A DNA stretch of 64,000 nt from positions 33,107 through 97,106 of the forward strand of contig LDXQ01000001.1 in assembly GCA_001443485.1 (NCBI GenBank). Reading direction: 5' to 3'. Below the pieces are notes generated by a model. It saw only the letters and a program-made list of their open reading frames with translations. It searched no databases and was not told the DNA's origin. Numbering within the stretch: position 1 is the first letter of the stretch; every line of letters starts with the position of its first letter. The DNA is from Candidatus Sysuimicrobiota bacterium CSP1-3 (GTDB taxonomy: Bacteria > Sysuimicrobiota > Sysuimicrobiia > Sysuimicrobiales > Humicultoraceae). The position numbers were made by a program, and so were the translations under genes. Shown here one piece after another: positions 19,599 through 32,062 of this stretch.

Positions 19599-22055
19599 AT
19601 GGCGATGTTTGAACGCTTCACCGAGCGGGCCCGCCGCGTGATCATCCTGGCGCAGGAAGAAGCGAAGCGCCTGAACCACAGCGCCGTGGGCACCGAGCAC
19701 ATCCTGCTCGGGATCATCCGCGAGGGTGAGGGTGTCGCCAGCAAGGTCCTGGAGAGTCTGAACATCAGCCCCGAGCGGGTGCGCGCGGAGATCGAGAGCG
19801 CCATCGGCCGCGGGGAGCGCACGCCCTACGAAGAGGTCGCCTTCACGCCGCGCGCCAAGAAGGTCCTGGAGTTGGCGCTGGACGAGGCGCGCCGCCTCGG
19901 GCACAACTACATCGGCACCGAGCACCTCCTCCTGGGATTGATCCGCGAGGGGGAGGGGGTGGCCGCCCGTGTGCTGGAGGCGATGGGCGCCGACCTGGAG
20001 CGCGTGCGCGCCCAGGTCGTCTACCTGCTCGGGGAAGAGGGGACGACCAGCTACAGCAAGCAGTCCAGCAAGACGCCCACCCTGGACGAGTTCGGCAGAG
20101 ACCTGACCAAACTCGCCCGCGCCGGAAAACTCGATCCGGTGATCGGGCGGGAGCGGGAGATCGAGCGCGTCATCCAGGTCCTCTCCCGCCGCACCAAGAA
20201 CAACCCCGCCCTGATCGGCGAGCCCGGCGTGGGCAAGACCGCCATCACCGAAGGGCTGGCGCAGCGCATCACCCGCGGCGACGTGCCCGAGGTGCTGCGC
20301 AACAAGCGCGTGGTGCAGCTCGACCTGGCCGCCCTCGTCGCCGGGACCAAGTACCGCGGCGAGTTCGAGGAGCGGATGAAGAAGGTGATGGAGGAGATCC
20401 GCAAGGCGCAGGGCGAGGTCATCCTCTTCGTGGACGAATTGCACACGCTGGTCGGCGCCGGCGCGGCCGAGGGCGCGATCGACGCCAGCAACATCCTCAA
20501 GCCCGCGTTGGCCCGCGGCGAACTGCAGTGCATCGGCGCCACCACGCTGGACGAGTACCGCAAGTACGTGGAGCGCGACGCCGCCCTGGAGCGCCGCTTC
20601 CAGCCCATTCTGGTCTCCGAGCCCACCGTCGAGCAGAGCATCGAGATCCTCAAGGGCCTGCGCGAGCGCTACGAGGCACACCACGGCGTGCGCATCACCG
20701 ACGATGCCCTGGTGGCCGCAGCCACACTGGCCGACAAGTACATCTCCGATCGGTTTCTCCCGGACAAGGCCATCGACCTGATGGACGAGGCCTCCTCCAA
20801 GATCCGCCTGCAGGCCTCCTTCCTGCCGCAAGAGATCCGCACCGCGGTGGAAAAGGTGGACCGGGTGCGCCGCGAAAAGGACGAGTCCATCAAGAGTCAG
20901 GACTTCGAACGCGCGGCGCAGTTGCGGGACAAGGAGCGCGTGCTGCGGCAGAAGCTGGAAGAGCTGGAGTCCTCCTGGAAGAAGGAGAAGGGGCACGACT
21001 TCTCCACGGTGAGCGCGGAGGACATCGCCGACATCGTCTGCTCCTGGACGGGCATTCCCGTGACGCGCCTGGTGGAGGAGGAGACGCAGAAACTCCTGCG
21101 CATGGAGGAGTCGATCCACGAGCGCATCGTCGGGCAGGAGGACGCGGTGCGCGCCGTGGCCAAGGCGGTGCGCCGCGCCCGCGCCGGACTGAAGGACCCG
21201 CGGCGGCCGATCGGCTCGTTCATGTTCCTCGGCCCCACCGGCGTGGGCAAGACGGAACTGGCGCGGGCGCTCGCGGAGTTCATGTTCGGCGACGAGAACG
21301 CGCTGATCCGCATCGACATGTCGGAGTACAGCGAGCGGCACACGATCAGCCGCCTGGTCGGCTCGCCGCCCGGCTATGTGGGCTACGAGGAGGGCGGCCA
21401 GCTCACCGAGGCCGTGCGCCGGCGGCCGTATGCCGTGGTCCTCTTCGACGAGATCGAGAAGGCACACCCGGAGATCTTCAACGTCCTGCTGCAGATCCTG
21501 GACGACGGCCGCCTCACCGACGCTCAGGGGCGGACCGTGGACTTCAAGAACAGCGTCCTGATCATGACGAGCAACGTGGGCGCCCCCGTTTTGAACAAGG
21601 AGGTGGGGATGGGCTTCCGCCTGACCCGCGACGCCAAGGAGGATCAGGAGCAGATCTACGGCCGGATGAAGGACCACGTGATGGAGGAACTGCGGCGCAC
21701 CTTCCGGCCGGAGTTCCTCAACCGGCTGGACGAGACCATCGTCTTCCGGCCGCTCACGGACAACCAGATCCGATCCATCGTGAGCATCATCAAGGAGCGC
21801 GTGCGCCGGGAGATGCGCGGCCAGGGCATGGACCTGGAAGTCACGGAGGAGGCGAAGGAACTCCTGGCCAAGGAGGGCTTCGACCCGACCTTCGGCGCCC
21901 GGCCGCTGCGCCGCGCCATCCAGCGGCTGGTGGAGGACCCGCTCTCCGACGAGCTGCTGCGCGGCGTCTTCAAGTCGGGCGACACCATCGTCGTGGACGC
22001 CCGCGACGGCCAGATCGTCTTCGAGAAGAAGCGCGAACCCGCCCTCGCCGAGTGA
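19599..22055 (+). CDS. clpC: ATP-dependent Clp protease ATP-binding subunit ClpC
   Basis: 818 aa. Two Clp_N repeats, two AAA+ modules (GEPGVGKT / GPTGVGKT), UVR-like linker. Confidence 0.95.
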   Translation: MAMFERFTERARRVIILAQEEAKRLNHSAVGTEHILLGIIREGEGVASKVLESLNISPERVRAEIESAIGRGERTPYEEVAFTPRAKKVLELALDEARRLGHNYIGTEHLLLGLIREGEGVAARVLEAMGADLERVRAQVVYLLGEEGTTSYSKQSSKTPTLDEFGRDLTKLARAGKLDPVIGREREIERVIQVLSRRTKNNPALIGEPGVGKTAITEGLAQRITRGDVPEVLRNKRVVQLDLAALVAGTKYRGEFEERMKKVMEEIRKAQGEVILFVDELHTLVGAGAAEGAIDASNILKPALARGELQCIGATTLDEYRKYVERDAALERRFQPILVSEPTVEQSIEILKGLRERYEAHHGVRITDDALVAAATLADKYISDRFLPDKAIDLMDEASSKIRLQASFLPQEIRTAVEKVDRVRREKDESIKSQDFERAAQLRDKERVLRQKLEELESSWKKEKGHDFSTVSAEDIADIVCSWTGIPVTRLVEEETQKLLRMEESIHERIVGQEDAVRAVAKAVRRARAGLKDPRRPIGSFMFLGPTGVGKTELARALAEFMFGDENALIRIDMSEYSERHTISRLVGSPPGYVGYEEGGQLTEAVRRRPYAVVLFDEIEKAHPEIFNVLLQILDDGRLTDAQGRTVDFKNSVLIMTSNVGAPVLNKEVGMGFRLTRDAKEDQEQIYGRMKDHVMEELRRTFRPEFLNRLDETIVFRPLTDNQIRSIVSIIKERVRREMRGQGMDLEVTEEAKELLAKEGFDPTFGARPLRRAIQRLVEDPLSDELLRGVFKSGDTIVVDARDGQIVFEKKREPALAE

Positions 22056-22075
22056 CCGCGTTCCGTCGATGCGTA

Positions 22076-22105
22076 CCGGGACCCGGAGACGCGGGTCCCG
22101 TTTTT
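22076..22105 (+). terminator. Intrinsic terminator after clpC
   Basis: cgggacccg-gagacg-cgggtcccg (9-bp perfect stem) followed by ttttt. Confidence 0.7.
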
Positions 22106-22134
22106 CTTTACCCCTCCGGCCGATACATCTAGAG

Positions 22135-24966
22135 ATGCCGACCGCGCGCGTCCGTCATACGTGCCAGACCTGCGGCTATACCTCGCCGAAGTGGCTGGGC
22201 CGCTGCCCCGACTGCGGGGAGTGGAACACTTTCGTCGAGGAGGTGGTGCCCGACGGCGGAACGCGCCTCCGCGCCGTCGCCCCGCCGGAGGTTGTCTCGG
22301 TCGCTGAAATTCCCGGGGAAGCGGAGCCGCGCGCGGCGACCGGCATCGGAGAATTCGATCGGGTGCTGGGAGGAGGGATCGTTCCCGGGTCGCTCGTCCT
22401 GATCGGTGGAGATCCCGGAATCGGGAAGTGTGTCACTGGCGAAACGCGGGTTCTCGACCCTGTCAGCGGATCGTGGGTACCGATCACTGAGTGGTCCCGC
22501 AACGCCCGTCCAGTCCTGTCCCTCGATGAGGAAAGCTATGGGTTGATTCCTCGGCCCGTGGAGATCTTCCACGACCGCGGCGTGCATTCCATCACTGAGG
22601 TTAAGACTCGCTTGGGTCGCACGCTGCGTTGTACGCTGGACCATCCCCTGCTGACACCCGAGGGGTGGAGGCCGGTGCGTGCTCTATCTCCCGGTGCGCG
22701 GATTGCCGCTCCGCGCGCACTGCCATACTTCGGGTCGGATGCCATGGAGGAACATGAGATAAAGCTCATTGCCTACGTGTTATCAGATGGGTCGGCGACC
22801 ACACAGACCACCGTGACCACAGCGAGCCCCGAGGTGGCTGCCGACTTGGTTGAGGTGGCCAGGCGATTCGGCGTCACCCTGCGTGTCTACGAAAAGGCAA
22901 ACAGCAGCGCCAAGCAGTTCCGTTTTGTCCAGCCTCGAGAACAGCGGAGCAAAGCGCGACGAAGTGTCGCCGCAGCACTGAAATCCGTCCAGGCGGAGAC
23001 GGGTCTCACATGGGCCGCGTGGGCGCGAGCAGCCGACGTGAACTACTGGGTTCTAAATGCGTGGCGGCGGGCAGGGTGCACCCCGCACGAGGCTCAACTT
23101 CAGCGTTTGGCGGCAGCGGCAGACGTTCCGCTTGACCGGTTGCTGCCAGAGGCACGCGACCGTGCGGCGAGACAGTCGTCAGTCATGCGTTTCCTGGAGG
23201 CCGTAGGAGTGCGCTTCGCCAGGGCGGGCACGAAGGCGGTCCCCGAATGCATCTTCCGGCTCCCCCGGCCTCAACTGGCTCTGTTTCTGAGAGTGGTCTT
23301 CTCGTGTGATGGCTCGATCTACGTTTCCCGAGGCAAACGTCCGGGTGTCTCATACAGCACGATCAGCAAGCGGCTGGCCCTAGACGTCCAGCACCTGCTG
23401 CTACGGTTTGGCCTCGTGGCCAAACTGCGCACAAAGTCTAGTCGAGTCAAAGGCCGGCCCTATCGCGCCTATGAACTGCAGCTGCTCGGCCTCCCCCAGG
23501 TTGGACGGTTCCTATCGGAAATCGGCATATGGGGACGGGAGCGCGCCAGGGCCACGATTGCAGGAATGCCTCAGCCCCGGATGCCATCGACGCACTTCGA
23601 CACAGTCCCTACGGGCGCCAGATTCTGGAAGCATCTGCAGCGGGTCTCCGGGTTCGCCTCGTTTAAGCGGCTTTCGGCGACGGCAGGCGTGATTATCCAT
23701 ACTCGGCGCGAGGAGCGGCCTCTCGCCCGGAGCACTGTCGCTGCTCTAGCGACCGCATACCCCTCTGGATATCGGCAAGCGCTGGGCGCAGGAGATGTCT
23801 ACTGGGACGAGATTCGCGCCATTACGCCCGCGGGTCGACAGCGAGTCTACGATCTCTCTGTAGCTGGCCCATCAAACTATGTCGCGAACGACTTGATCAT
23901 CCATAACTCCACGTTGACCCTGCAGGTTTCGGCACAACTGGCCGAGCAGGACCGCACCGTCCTCTACGTCAGCGGCGAGGAATCCGCCCGGCAGACGCGG
24001 ATGCGGGCCGAGCGGCTGGGTACCCTGCCGTCCGGACTGCTGCTGCTCGCGGAGAACAACCTGGACGTCATCGTGCAGGCGCTCGAGACACACACCCCCG
24101 CCCTCGCCGTCATCGACTCCATCCAGGCCGTCTACCGCCCCGATATTCCCTCGGCGCCGGGCAGCGTCGGGCAGGTGCGGGAGTGCACCGGGTCGCTGCT
24201 CACGGTGGCCAAGGGGCGCAGTATCAGCGTGCTCATCGTGGGCCACGTGACGAAGGAGGGGCAGTTGGCCGGCCCGCGCGTGCTAGAGCACCTCGTCGAC
24301 ACGGTCCTCTACTTTGAAGGGGACCGGCACCACGCCTACCGCATCCTGCGGGCGACGAAGAACCGCTTCGGCTCCACCAACGAGATCGGGGTCTTCGAGA
24401 TGGGCGCCCACGGGTTGGTCGAGGTGCTCAACCCCTCCGCCGTCTTCCTGGCAGAGCGGCCGGAGGCCGCGCCGGGCTCGGCGATTGTCTGCGCCCTGGA
24501 AGGCACGCGCCCGCTGCTCTTGGAGATTCAAGCCCTGGTCACCCCGACGCACTTCGGTATGCCCCGCCGTACCGCCGCCGGCATCGACTACAATCGGTTG
24601 GTCCTCCTCCTTGCCGTGTTGGAGAAGCGCGCCGGTCTGCACCTGGCGATGCACGACGTCTACTCCAGTGTGACCGGTGGGCTCACGGTGGACGATCCCG
24701 CGGCGGATCTCGGCGTGGCGGTGGCGGTGGCCAGCGCCTTTCGCGACCGACCGGTCGAGCAGCAGGTGGTCGTCATCGGCGAAGTGGGATTGGCCGGCGA
24801 GGTGCGGGCCGTGCGGCAAGCGCCGCAGCGGGTGCGGGAGGCCACTCGCTTGGGATTCCGTCGGGCGGTGGTGCCGCGGGCGACCGGCGGCGGTGAGTGG
24901 CCACCGGATGTAGAGATCGTCAGCGTGGGGACAGTGGCGGAGGCGCTGGCGGCGCTGCTCGGGTAA
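22135..24966 (+). CDS. radA: DNA repair protein RadA/Sms carrying a 493-aa intein in the Walker A motif
   Basis: N-terminal C4 zinc finger (CQTCGY…CPDCGEW). P-loop GDPGIGK|CVTGETRV…NDLIIHN|STLTLQ. C-terminal Lon-like domain. Extein is ~450 aa after removing nt 22429..23907. Confidence 0.9.
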   Translation: MPTARVRHTCQTCGYTSPKWLGRCPDCGEWNTFVEEVVPDGGTRLRAVAPPEVVSVAEIPGEAEPRAATGIGEFDRVLGGGIVPGSLVLIGGDPGIGKCVTGETRVLDPVSGSWVPITEWSRNARPVLSLDEESYGLIPRPVEIFHDRGVHSITEVKTRLGRTLRCTLDHPLLTPEGWRPVRALSPGARIAAPRALPYFGSDAMEEHEIKLIAYVLSDGSATTQTTVTTASPEVAADLVEVARRFGVTLRVYEKANSSAKQFRFVQPREQRSKARRSVAAALKSVQAETGLTWAAWARAADVNYWVLNAWRRAGCTPHEAQLQRLAAAADVPLDRLLPEARDRAARQSSVMRFLEAVGVRFARAGTKAVPECIFRLPRPQLALFLRVVFSCDGSIYVSRGKRPGVSYSTISKRLALDVQHLLLRFGLVAKLRTKSSRVKGRPYRAYELQLLGLPQVGRFLSEIGIWGRERARATIAGMPQPRMPSTHFDTVPTGARFWKHLQRVSGFASFKRLSATAGVIIHTRREERPLARSTVAALATAYPSGYRQALGAGDVYWDEIRAITPAGRQRVYDLSVAGPSNYVANDLIIHNSTLTLQVSAQLAEQDRTVLYVSGEESARQTRMRAERLGTLPSGLLLLAENNLDVIVQALETHTPALAVIDSIQAVYRPDIPSAPGSVGQVRECTGSLLTVAKGRSISVLIVGHVTKEGQLAGPRVLEHLVDTVLYFEGDRHHAYRILRATKNRFGSTNEIGVFEMGAHGLVEVLNPSAVFLAERPEAAPGSAIVCALEGTRPLLLEIQALVTPTHFGMPRRTAAGIDYNRLVLLLAVLEKRAGLHLAMHDVYSSVTGGLTVDDPAADLGVAVAVASAFRDRPVEQQVVVIGEVGLAGEVRAVRQAPQRVREATRLGFRRAVVPRATGGGEWPPDVEIVSVGTVAEALAALLG
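22429..23907 (+). other. Intein with LAGLIDADG homing-endonuclease domain, inserted in radA
   Basis: Block A Cys1 (CVTGETRVLD), block B (RCTLDHPLLT), two LAGLIDADG-like motifs (KLIAYVLSDGSAT and LFLRVVFSCDGSIYV), block G (NYVANDLIIHN) followed by +1 Ser. Confidence 0.85.
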
Positions 24967-25028
24967 ACACGCCGGCGTACTGCCCGCCCGGCGACGCGCC
25001 GCGGAAACTGTTTCTTCGGGTTAACGAC

Positions 25029-25424
25029 CTACGTCAGGTGGTAAACGCCGAGCGCGGAGACGCGATCGCGCTCCTTCCGCAAGATCGCGTCCAGGTCCAG
25101 CCCCGTGATGTAGCAAAACGCCGCCAGATAGAAGAGGGTCGTGCCGATCTCATCCTCCAGGGCCTCGCGGCAGCGTTCGCACAACTCGCCGTAGAGGTGC
25201 GTGGAGAGGAACCCGCGCACATCCCCTAGACCGACGTCCGCGGGGAAGCGCTGCCGCTCCGCGCGGATCTGCACGCAACCGCACGAGGCCACGGCGTGGG
25301 CCAGGGCGCGGGAGACGCGGGCGGCGGATTCGTTCAACTTGCTCTGCACATCGAGGACACTGCGGTGGCGGATGAGGTATTGCGAGGCGAGGTGCTGCAG
25401 GGTCGCCAGATCGGTCTCTTTCAT
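25029..25424 (-). CDS. MazG-like nucleotide pyrophosphohydrolase domain protein (YpjD-like)
   Basis: Start ATG at 25424 with GGAGG 6 nt upstream. Pattern …LYGELCERCREA…EDEIGTTLFYLAAFCYITGLDLDAILRKERDRV matches the MazG EExxE…DxLFY…GIDLE core. Confidence 0.5.
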   Translation of the reverse strand: MKETDLATLQHLASQYLIRHRSVLDVQSKLNESAARVSRALAHAVASCGCVQIRAERQRFPADVGLGDVRGFLSTHLYGELCERCREALEDEIGTTLFYLAAFCYITGLDLDAILRKERDRVSALGVYHLT

Positions 25425-25584
25425 GCACGAGCCTCCTCGGTGCAAGGCTGCCATTTGCGGCGATCCCCGGCAGGATGCGCGAGCAGATTATAGGCGCCGT
25501 TTTGCGCGACTGTCAAGGACCCGCGAATGATGCGGGCTTCAGCCATTTGCGTCTGCTGGCGCGCAGAGGACGCGTGGTATAATT

Positions 25585-26661
25585 GTGCTCGTCATGATCA
25601 TGCTCATCCGCTTCGCCGGCGGCCTGCTCGGGGCCGTCGCTGCCTTTCGGTTGGCCGTCCTCGCGCCCTGGTTTCCCCTGCTGGCCACGCGGGTGGCCAT
25701 CGGAACCCTGGGTGGGCTCGTCGGCTGGTTGATCGCGCCGTGGCTCTGGCGCCTCTTCGTCCGCGCCATGGCCTGGGTGCTGCAAGGCCTGGCGCACCTC
25801 ACGCTGCGTGAACTGGCGCTAGGCGCCGCGGGGCTGATGGTCGGCCTGGTCATCGCCTTCCTGCTCGGCTTCCTCCTCAGCGACATTCCGTATGTGGGTC
25901 TGTACTTACGCTGGGGCGTCGCCCTCGTCTTCGGATACCTGGGCATTCACCTGGCGCTGCAGCGCCGGGAGGAGATGAGTGCCCTGCTGCAGCGACTGCG
26001 CGAAGGCGAGCGGCAGGCCGCGGCGCGCGGCGGGCAGGTCCCCAAGGTGATGGACACCAGCGTGATCATCGACGGGCGCATCGTCGACGTCTGCAAGACA
26101 GGATTCCTGGAAGGCCCGCTGCTCGTGCCGCGCTCCGTGCTCAACGAACTGCAGCGCATCGCCGACTCCTCAGACGCGATGCGGCGGGCGCGGGGCCGGC
26201 GCGGTCTGGACATCCTGAACCGCCTGCAAAAGGAATACGACGCGGTGCAGGTGATCGACGATCCCGCGGGCACCCAGGGCGACGTGGACGAGCGGTTGGT
26301 CGCCACCGCCCGGGCCGTGGGCGGCTGGATCCTGACCAACGACTTCAACCTGAACAAGGTCGCCGAACTGCAGGGCGCGCGCGTGCTCAACGTCAACGAG
26401 CTGGCCCAGGCCCTCCGCCCCATTCACCTACCGGGCGAGGAGCTGACCGTGCACATCATGAAGGATGGCAAGGAGGCCGGGCAGGGCATCGGGTACCTGG
26501 AGGACGGCACGATGGTCGTCGTGGAGGGGGGCAAGAAGCACATCGGGGAGACCTCTGATGTGGTCGTCACCAGCGTCCTGCAGACCGTCGCCGGCCGAAT
26601 GATCTTCGCCCGCCCCAAGGGGGACGTCCCCACAGGTTCCTCCGCCGCACACCGCCGCTAG
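25585..26661 (+). CDS. yacL: PIN/TRAM domain protein YacL
   Basis: N-terminal TM helices, PIN domain (VMDTSVIIDGRI…TNDFNL) and C-terminal TRAM domain. Conserved position upstream of ispD as in Bacillus. Confidence 0.85.
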   Translation: MLVMIMLIRFAGGLLGAVAAFRLAVLAPWFPLLATRVAIGTLGGLVGWLIAPWLWRLFVRAMAWVLQGLAHLTLRELALGAAGLMVGLVIAFLLGFLLSDIPYVGLYLRWGVALVFGYLGIHLALQRREEMSALLQRLREGERQAAARGGQVPKVMDTSVIIDGRIVDVCKTGFLEGPLLVPRSVLNELQRIADSSDAMRRARGRRGLDILNRLQKEYDAVQVIDDPAGTQGDVDERLVATARAVGGWILTNDFNLNKVAELQGARVLNVNELAQALRPIHLPGEELTVHIMKDGKEAGQGIGYLEDGTMVVVEGGKKHIGETSDVVVTSVLQTVAGRMIFARPKGDVPTGSSAAHRR

Positions 26662-26672
26662 GAGCACCGGCG

Positions 26673-27845
26673 GTGGACCACCCCGAACCAACCGCCGCCA
26701 TCCTCCTCGCCGCCGGTAGAGGTCGGCGCATGGGCGCCGTGCCCAAACCGTTCCTGACGTTAGGCGGGCGCACGGTCCTGGAGCGCGCGCTGCGCGCGGT
26801 GGTCGATCCCGCCGAGGTGCACGCCGCGGTGGTGGTGGCGCCGCCCGATCACGTCGCCGCGGCCCGCACGCTGACCGCGGCCTTCCCCAAGGTCAGCGCG
26901 GTGGTACCGGGGGGAGAGGAGCGGCAGGAATCCGTCGCCGCGGGACTGGCGGTGGTGACCCAGGCGGAATGGGTGGTGGTGCACGACGCCGCGCGCCCGC
27001 TGGCCAGCGCCGATCTGGTGCGCCGGGTGCTGCGGGCCGCGCGCGAGACCGGCGCGGCGACGGCGGCGCTCCCGGCGCGGGACACGGTCAAGGTGGTGAC
27101 CGAAGGTACCGTGCGGCAGACCCTGGATCGGGAGACCATCTGGCTGACCCAGACCCCGCAGGCCTTCCGGGCGTCGCTGCTGCGCGAAGTGCACGAACGG
27201 GCCCGCCGCGCGGGTGTGCGCGCGACCGACGACGCCGCGCTCGTGGAAGCGTTCGGCGGCACGGTGCGGGTAGCGGAGGGCGAGGTGCTGAACCTGAAAG
27301 TGACGACGCCGGAGGACCTGGCGCTGGCCGAGGCGGTGGTGCGACAGCAGGAAGGGCCGGGCGAGCGCCGCACCGGCATCGGCTACGACGTGCACCGCCT
27401 GGTGCCGGGACGCCGCCTTGTCCTGGGCGGAGTGGGGATCCCCTTTGACCGCGGGCTGGTCGGGCACTCCGACGCGGATGCCGTGCTGCACGCGGTCATG
27501 GACGCGCTGCTCGGCGCCGCCGGCCTGCCGGACATCGGCCAGCACTTCCCCCCGGAGGACGACCGCTACCGCGGCGCGGACAGCCGGGGCCTCCTGCGGG
27601 ACGTGGTGGCCCGCGTGCGGCAGGCCGGATTCCTCCCCGCGCAGGCGGACGTGGTCATCCTGGCGGAGGCGCCGCGCCTGGCGCCGTACCTGCCGGCGAT
27701 GCGGCGGGTCATTGCGGAACTGCTGGCCGTGGACGAAGGCGCGGTGGGCATGAAGGCCACCACAACGGACGGACTGGGCGCGATCGGCCGCGGCGAAGGG
27801 ATCGCCGCGCAGGCCATCGTCACGATCTCCCGGCGACCGGCCTAG
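26673..27845 (+). CDS. ispDF: Bifunctional 2-C-methyl-D-erythritol 4-phosphate cytidylyltransferase / 2-C-methyl-D-erythritol 2,4-cyclodiphosphate synthase (IspDF)
   Basis: IspD N-half (ILLAAGRGRRMG…PKPFL). IspF C-half (RTGIGYDVHRL…GHSDADAVLHAVMDALLGA). Confidence 0.9.
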   Translation: MDHPEPTAAILLAAGRGRRMGAVPKPFLTLGGRTVLERALRAVVDPAEVHAAVVVAPPDHVAAARTLTAAFPKVSAVVPGGEERQESVAAGLAVVTQAEWVVVHDAARPLASADLVRRVLRAARETGAATAALPARDTVKVVTEGTVRQTLDRETIWLTQTPQAFRASLLREVHERARRAGVRATDDAALVEAFGGTVRVAEGEVLNLKVTTPEDLALAEAVVRQQEGPGERRTGIGYDVHRLVPGRRLVLGGVGIPFDRGLVGHSDADAVLHAVMDALLGAAGLPDIGQHFPPEDDRYRGADSRGLLRDVVARVRQAGFLPAQADVVILAEAPRLAPYLPAMRRVIAELLAVDEGAVGMKATTTDGLGAIGRGEGIAAQAIVTISRRPA

Positions 27846-28168
27846 CATGGAGGCGGAGCGCCGCTGATGCGACGGAAGGAGGTGCGCCTGCGCAAGGAGC
27901 GGGCCGCCCGCCGCTACCGCCGGGCGCTGGAGCGGGTGCGGGAGCAGCCGCGCCTCCTCTTCATCGAACGGGCGCCGCTGCGGACGGCGGTGGTCGTGGA
28001 GATGGGGCGCGACGGCGCGCGCGGCCGCCCCTCCGGATTCTGGCGGGGGACCGAGTTCTACCGGGTGGAGCGCATCGTGGAGACCCGCCGCGAGCACGAC
28101 GCCATCTACTACCGGGTCATCACCGACCGCGGCTGCTTCGATCTGCGCCGCTACCGGGCGCTGGAGCG

Positions 28169-29767
<1,599 letters not shown>

Positions 29768-29809
29768 AGGTGGGCGGGTAGCGGCCGCCCCGTCCGGGAG
29801 AGAGCGTTC

Positions 29810-30559
29810 TTGGGCATAGCGAGGGAAGAGCAGATCGAAGGACGGCGCCCGGTGCGCGAAGCGCTGGCCAGCGGGCGGGCGATCCGCAAGCTGCTGGTGG
29901 CACGCACCGCCCGCGGACAGCTGGCGGAGATCGTGAACCTCGCGCGCGGCCGGCAGGTGCCGGTCCAGGAGGTCGATGCCCGCTGGCTCGACAGTATCGC
30001 CCACAGCGGGTCGCACCAGGGCGTCATCGCGCTGGCCGCGGTGCGCCCCACGGTGGACGTGGATGAGATCCTGGCCCGGGCGCGGACGCGCGGGGAGGCG
30101 CCCCTGCTCGTGCTCCTCGACGGCATCCAGGATCCGCAGAATACCGGAGCGATCATCCGGGTGGCCGAGGCTGCCGGTGCGCACGGCGTCATCCTCCCGG
30201 CACGGCGGGCCAGTGGACTCACCCCGGCGGTGGCCCGGGCCTCCGCCGGCGCGATCGAGTACCTCCCGGTGGCGCAGGTGACGAATCTGACGCGGACGAT
30301 CACCGAACTGAAACGTCAGGGCATCTGGGTGGCGGGGGCCGACCCGGCGGGAGAGGATCTCTTCGCGGCCGACCTGACGCCGCCCCTGGCCGTTGTTATC
30401 GGTAGCGAGGGACGGGGCATCTCCCGGCTGGTGCGGGAGTCGTGTGACCGCCTGGTGCGCGTCCCCATGAGCGGCCGCGTGGCCTCGCTGAACGCCGCCA
30501 CCGCCGCCGCCGTCGTGCTCTTTGAGATCCGTCGCCGCCTGCGGCGGAGGACGGGATGA
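29810..30559 (+). CDS. rlmB: 23S rRNA (guanosine-2'-O)-methyltransferase RlmB (SpoU/TrmH family, YacO-like)
   Basis: SPOUT motifs (LLVLLDGIQDPQNTGAIIR…VIGSEGRGIS…SLNAATAAAVV). TTG start. Confidence 0.85.
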   Translation: MGIAREEQIEGRRPVREALASGRAIRKLLVARTARGQLAEIVNLARGRQVPVQEVDARWLDSIAHSGSHQGVIALAAVRPTVDVDEILARARTRGEAPLLVLLDGIQDPQNTGAIIRVAEAAGAHGVILPARRASGLTPAVARASAGAIEYLPVAQVTNLTRTITELKRQGIWVAGADPAGEDLFAADLTPPLAVVIGSEGRGISRLVRESCDRLVRVPMSGRVASLNAATAAAVVLFEIRRRLRRRTG

Positions 30560-31914
30560 TGAAGCGCGTCCTCGCCGCGGGAGGTGTCGCCGTCCTGGTG
30601 GCCGGCCTGGGGTTTGGCCTGGCCCTCTACCGCGACGCGCTGGCCCACCGCGGCCGCATCCAGCCCGGCGTCAGCATCACGGGCATTCCGGTCGGCGGTC
30701 TGACCCCCGAGCTGGCCCGGCGGCGGGTAGAGGCCGTGGTGGCGGAGCGGCTGGCCCGCACGTTGGGCATCCGTGCCGGCGGTCCCATCGCCCGTCCCAC
30801 CCTTGCCGACCTGGGGGTGCGGGCCGCATACGACGAGGCGATCAATGCGGCATTCGCCGTGGGCCGGGAGGCCAATCCCGTGCGGCGCCTGCAGACGCGC
30901 TGGCGGCTGCGCCAGGGCATCGACGTGCCACTGCGCTTCGTCCAGGACGAGCAGACCCTGCGGGCGGTCGTCACCCGTCTGGCCGCGGCGGTGGCCGCCG
31001 AACCGCGCGACGCCCGCGTCACCGTCATCGACGATGCGGTGGTGATCACGGAGGCGTCGGTGGACGGCCGGACCCTGGATGTGCAGGAGACGGTCGCCAG
31101 GATCAAACGGGCGGTCGCGGACGAAGCGGGGGCGGTGGAGGCGGTGGTGCGCATCACCCGGCCGCGCTTCACCATCGACGACGCCCTGACCATCACCGAC
31201 CCGATCGCCCGCTACAGGACCAAGTTCGTCAACATCCCCAATCGCAACCACAACATCGCCCTGGCCGCCGGCAAACTGCGGGGTGTACTCATCCTGCCGG
31301 GGGAGGTCCTTTCGTACAATCAGACGGTGGGGCCGCGCACCCCGGAACTGGGATATTTGCCGGCGCCGGTCCTGCTGAACAACATCCTGGTCCCGGGAGA
31401 CGGCGGCGGAGTCTGCCAGGTCTCCTCGACCCTGTTCAACGTCGCCCTGCTGGCGGATCTCGCGATCCTGGAGCGCCACAACCACACGCGGCCGGTCGCC
31501 TACCTGCCCATCGGCCGGGACGCCACGGTCGTCTACGGCGGGCAGGACCTGCGCTTCCAGAACACTACCAGCGGACCGTTGCTCCTCTGGAGCACGGTGC
31601 GGGGGCGGCGTTTGACCATCACCCTCTACGGCCCGGCGCAGGGGACGCGGGAGGTCGCCATCATCGTCAGCGACCGGACGGAGATCCCCCCGCCGCAACA
31701 CACCGCCACGCGCAGCGATCCGGAACTGCCGCTGGGAGAGACGGTGATCGACCCGCCGCAGCCGGGGTACCGCGTCCGCACCTACCGCGTCGTCACCCGC
31801 GACGGCGTAGAGGTGAAGCGGGAATTGATCGCGCGCAGCGGCTACACTCCGCTGCCGCGGACGATCCGCATCGGGGCGAAGCGGGCGACCGCCCCGCAGG
31901 CGGCGACCCCATGA
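30556..31914 (+). CDS. VanW-domain protein (membrane-anchored, peptidoglycan-associated)
   Basis: N-terminal TM segment. VanW core (LILPGEVLSYNQTVGPRT…GGGVCQVSSTLFNVAL). ATGA overlap with rlmB. Confidence 0.75.
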   Translation: MMKRVLAAGGVAVLVAGLGFGLALYRDALAHRGRIQPGVSITGIPVGGLTPELARRRVEAVVAERLARTLGIRAGGPIARPTLADLGVRAAYDEAINAAFAVGREANPVRRLQTRWRLRQGIDVPLRFVQDEQTLRAVVTRLAAAVAAEPRDARVTVIDDAVVITEASVDGRTLDVQETVARIKRAVADEAGAVEAVVRITRPRFTIDDALTITDPIARYRTKFVNIPNRNHNIALAAGKLRGVLILPGEVLSYNQTVGPRTPELGYLPAPVLLNNILVPGDGGGVCQVSSTLFNVALLADLAILERHNHTRPVAYLPIGRDATVVYGGQDLRFQNTTSGPLLLWSTVRGRRLTITLYGPAQGTREVAIIVSDRTEIPPPQHTATRSDPELPLGETVIDPPQPGYRVRTYRVVTRDGVEVKRELIARSGYTPLPRTIRIGAKRATAPQAATP

Positions 31915-31958
31915 GGTCGAGGCGGTCCGGAATCTTGCGTTGTCCGGTCGAACCTGCG

Positions 31959-31987
31959 CACAATGTTCTTGACGCTGGGTTGAGGCG
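31959..31987 (+). promoter_or_regulatory. Sigma-A-type promoter upstream of sigH
   Basis: TTGACG, 17-nt spacer, TATACT. Confidence 0.55.
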
Positions 31988-32062
31988 TTCGTATACTTTG
32001 CGCAAGTGCCGCGCTGAAGTGATCGCACTTTCGAGGTGCGGTAGCGGGGTGGGGGTACGCGA

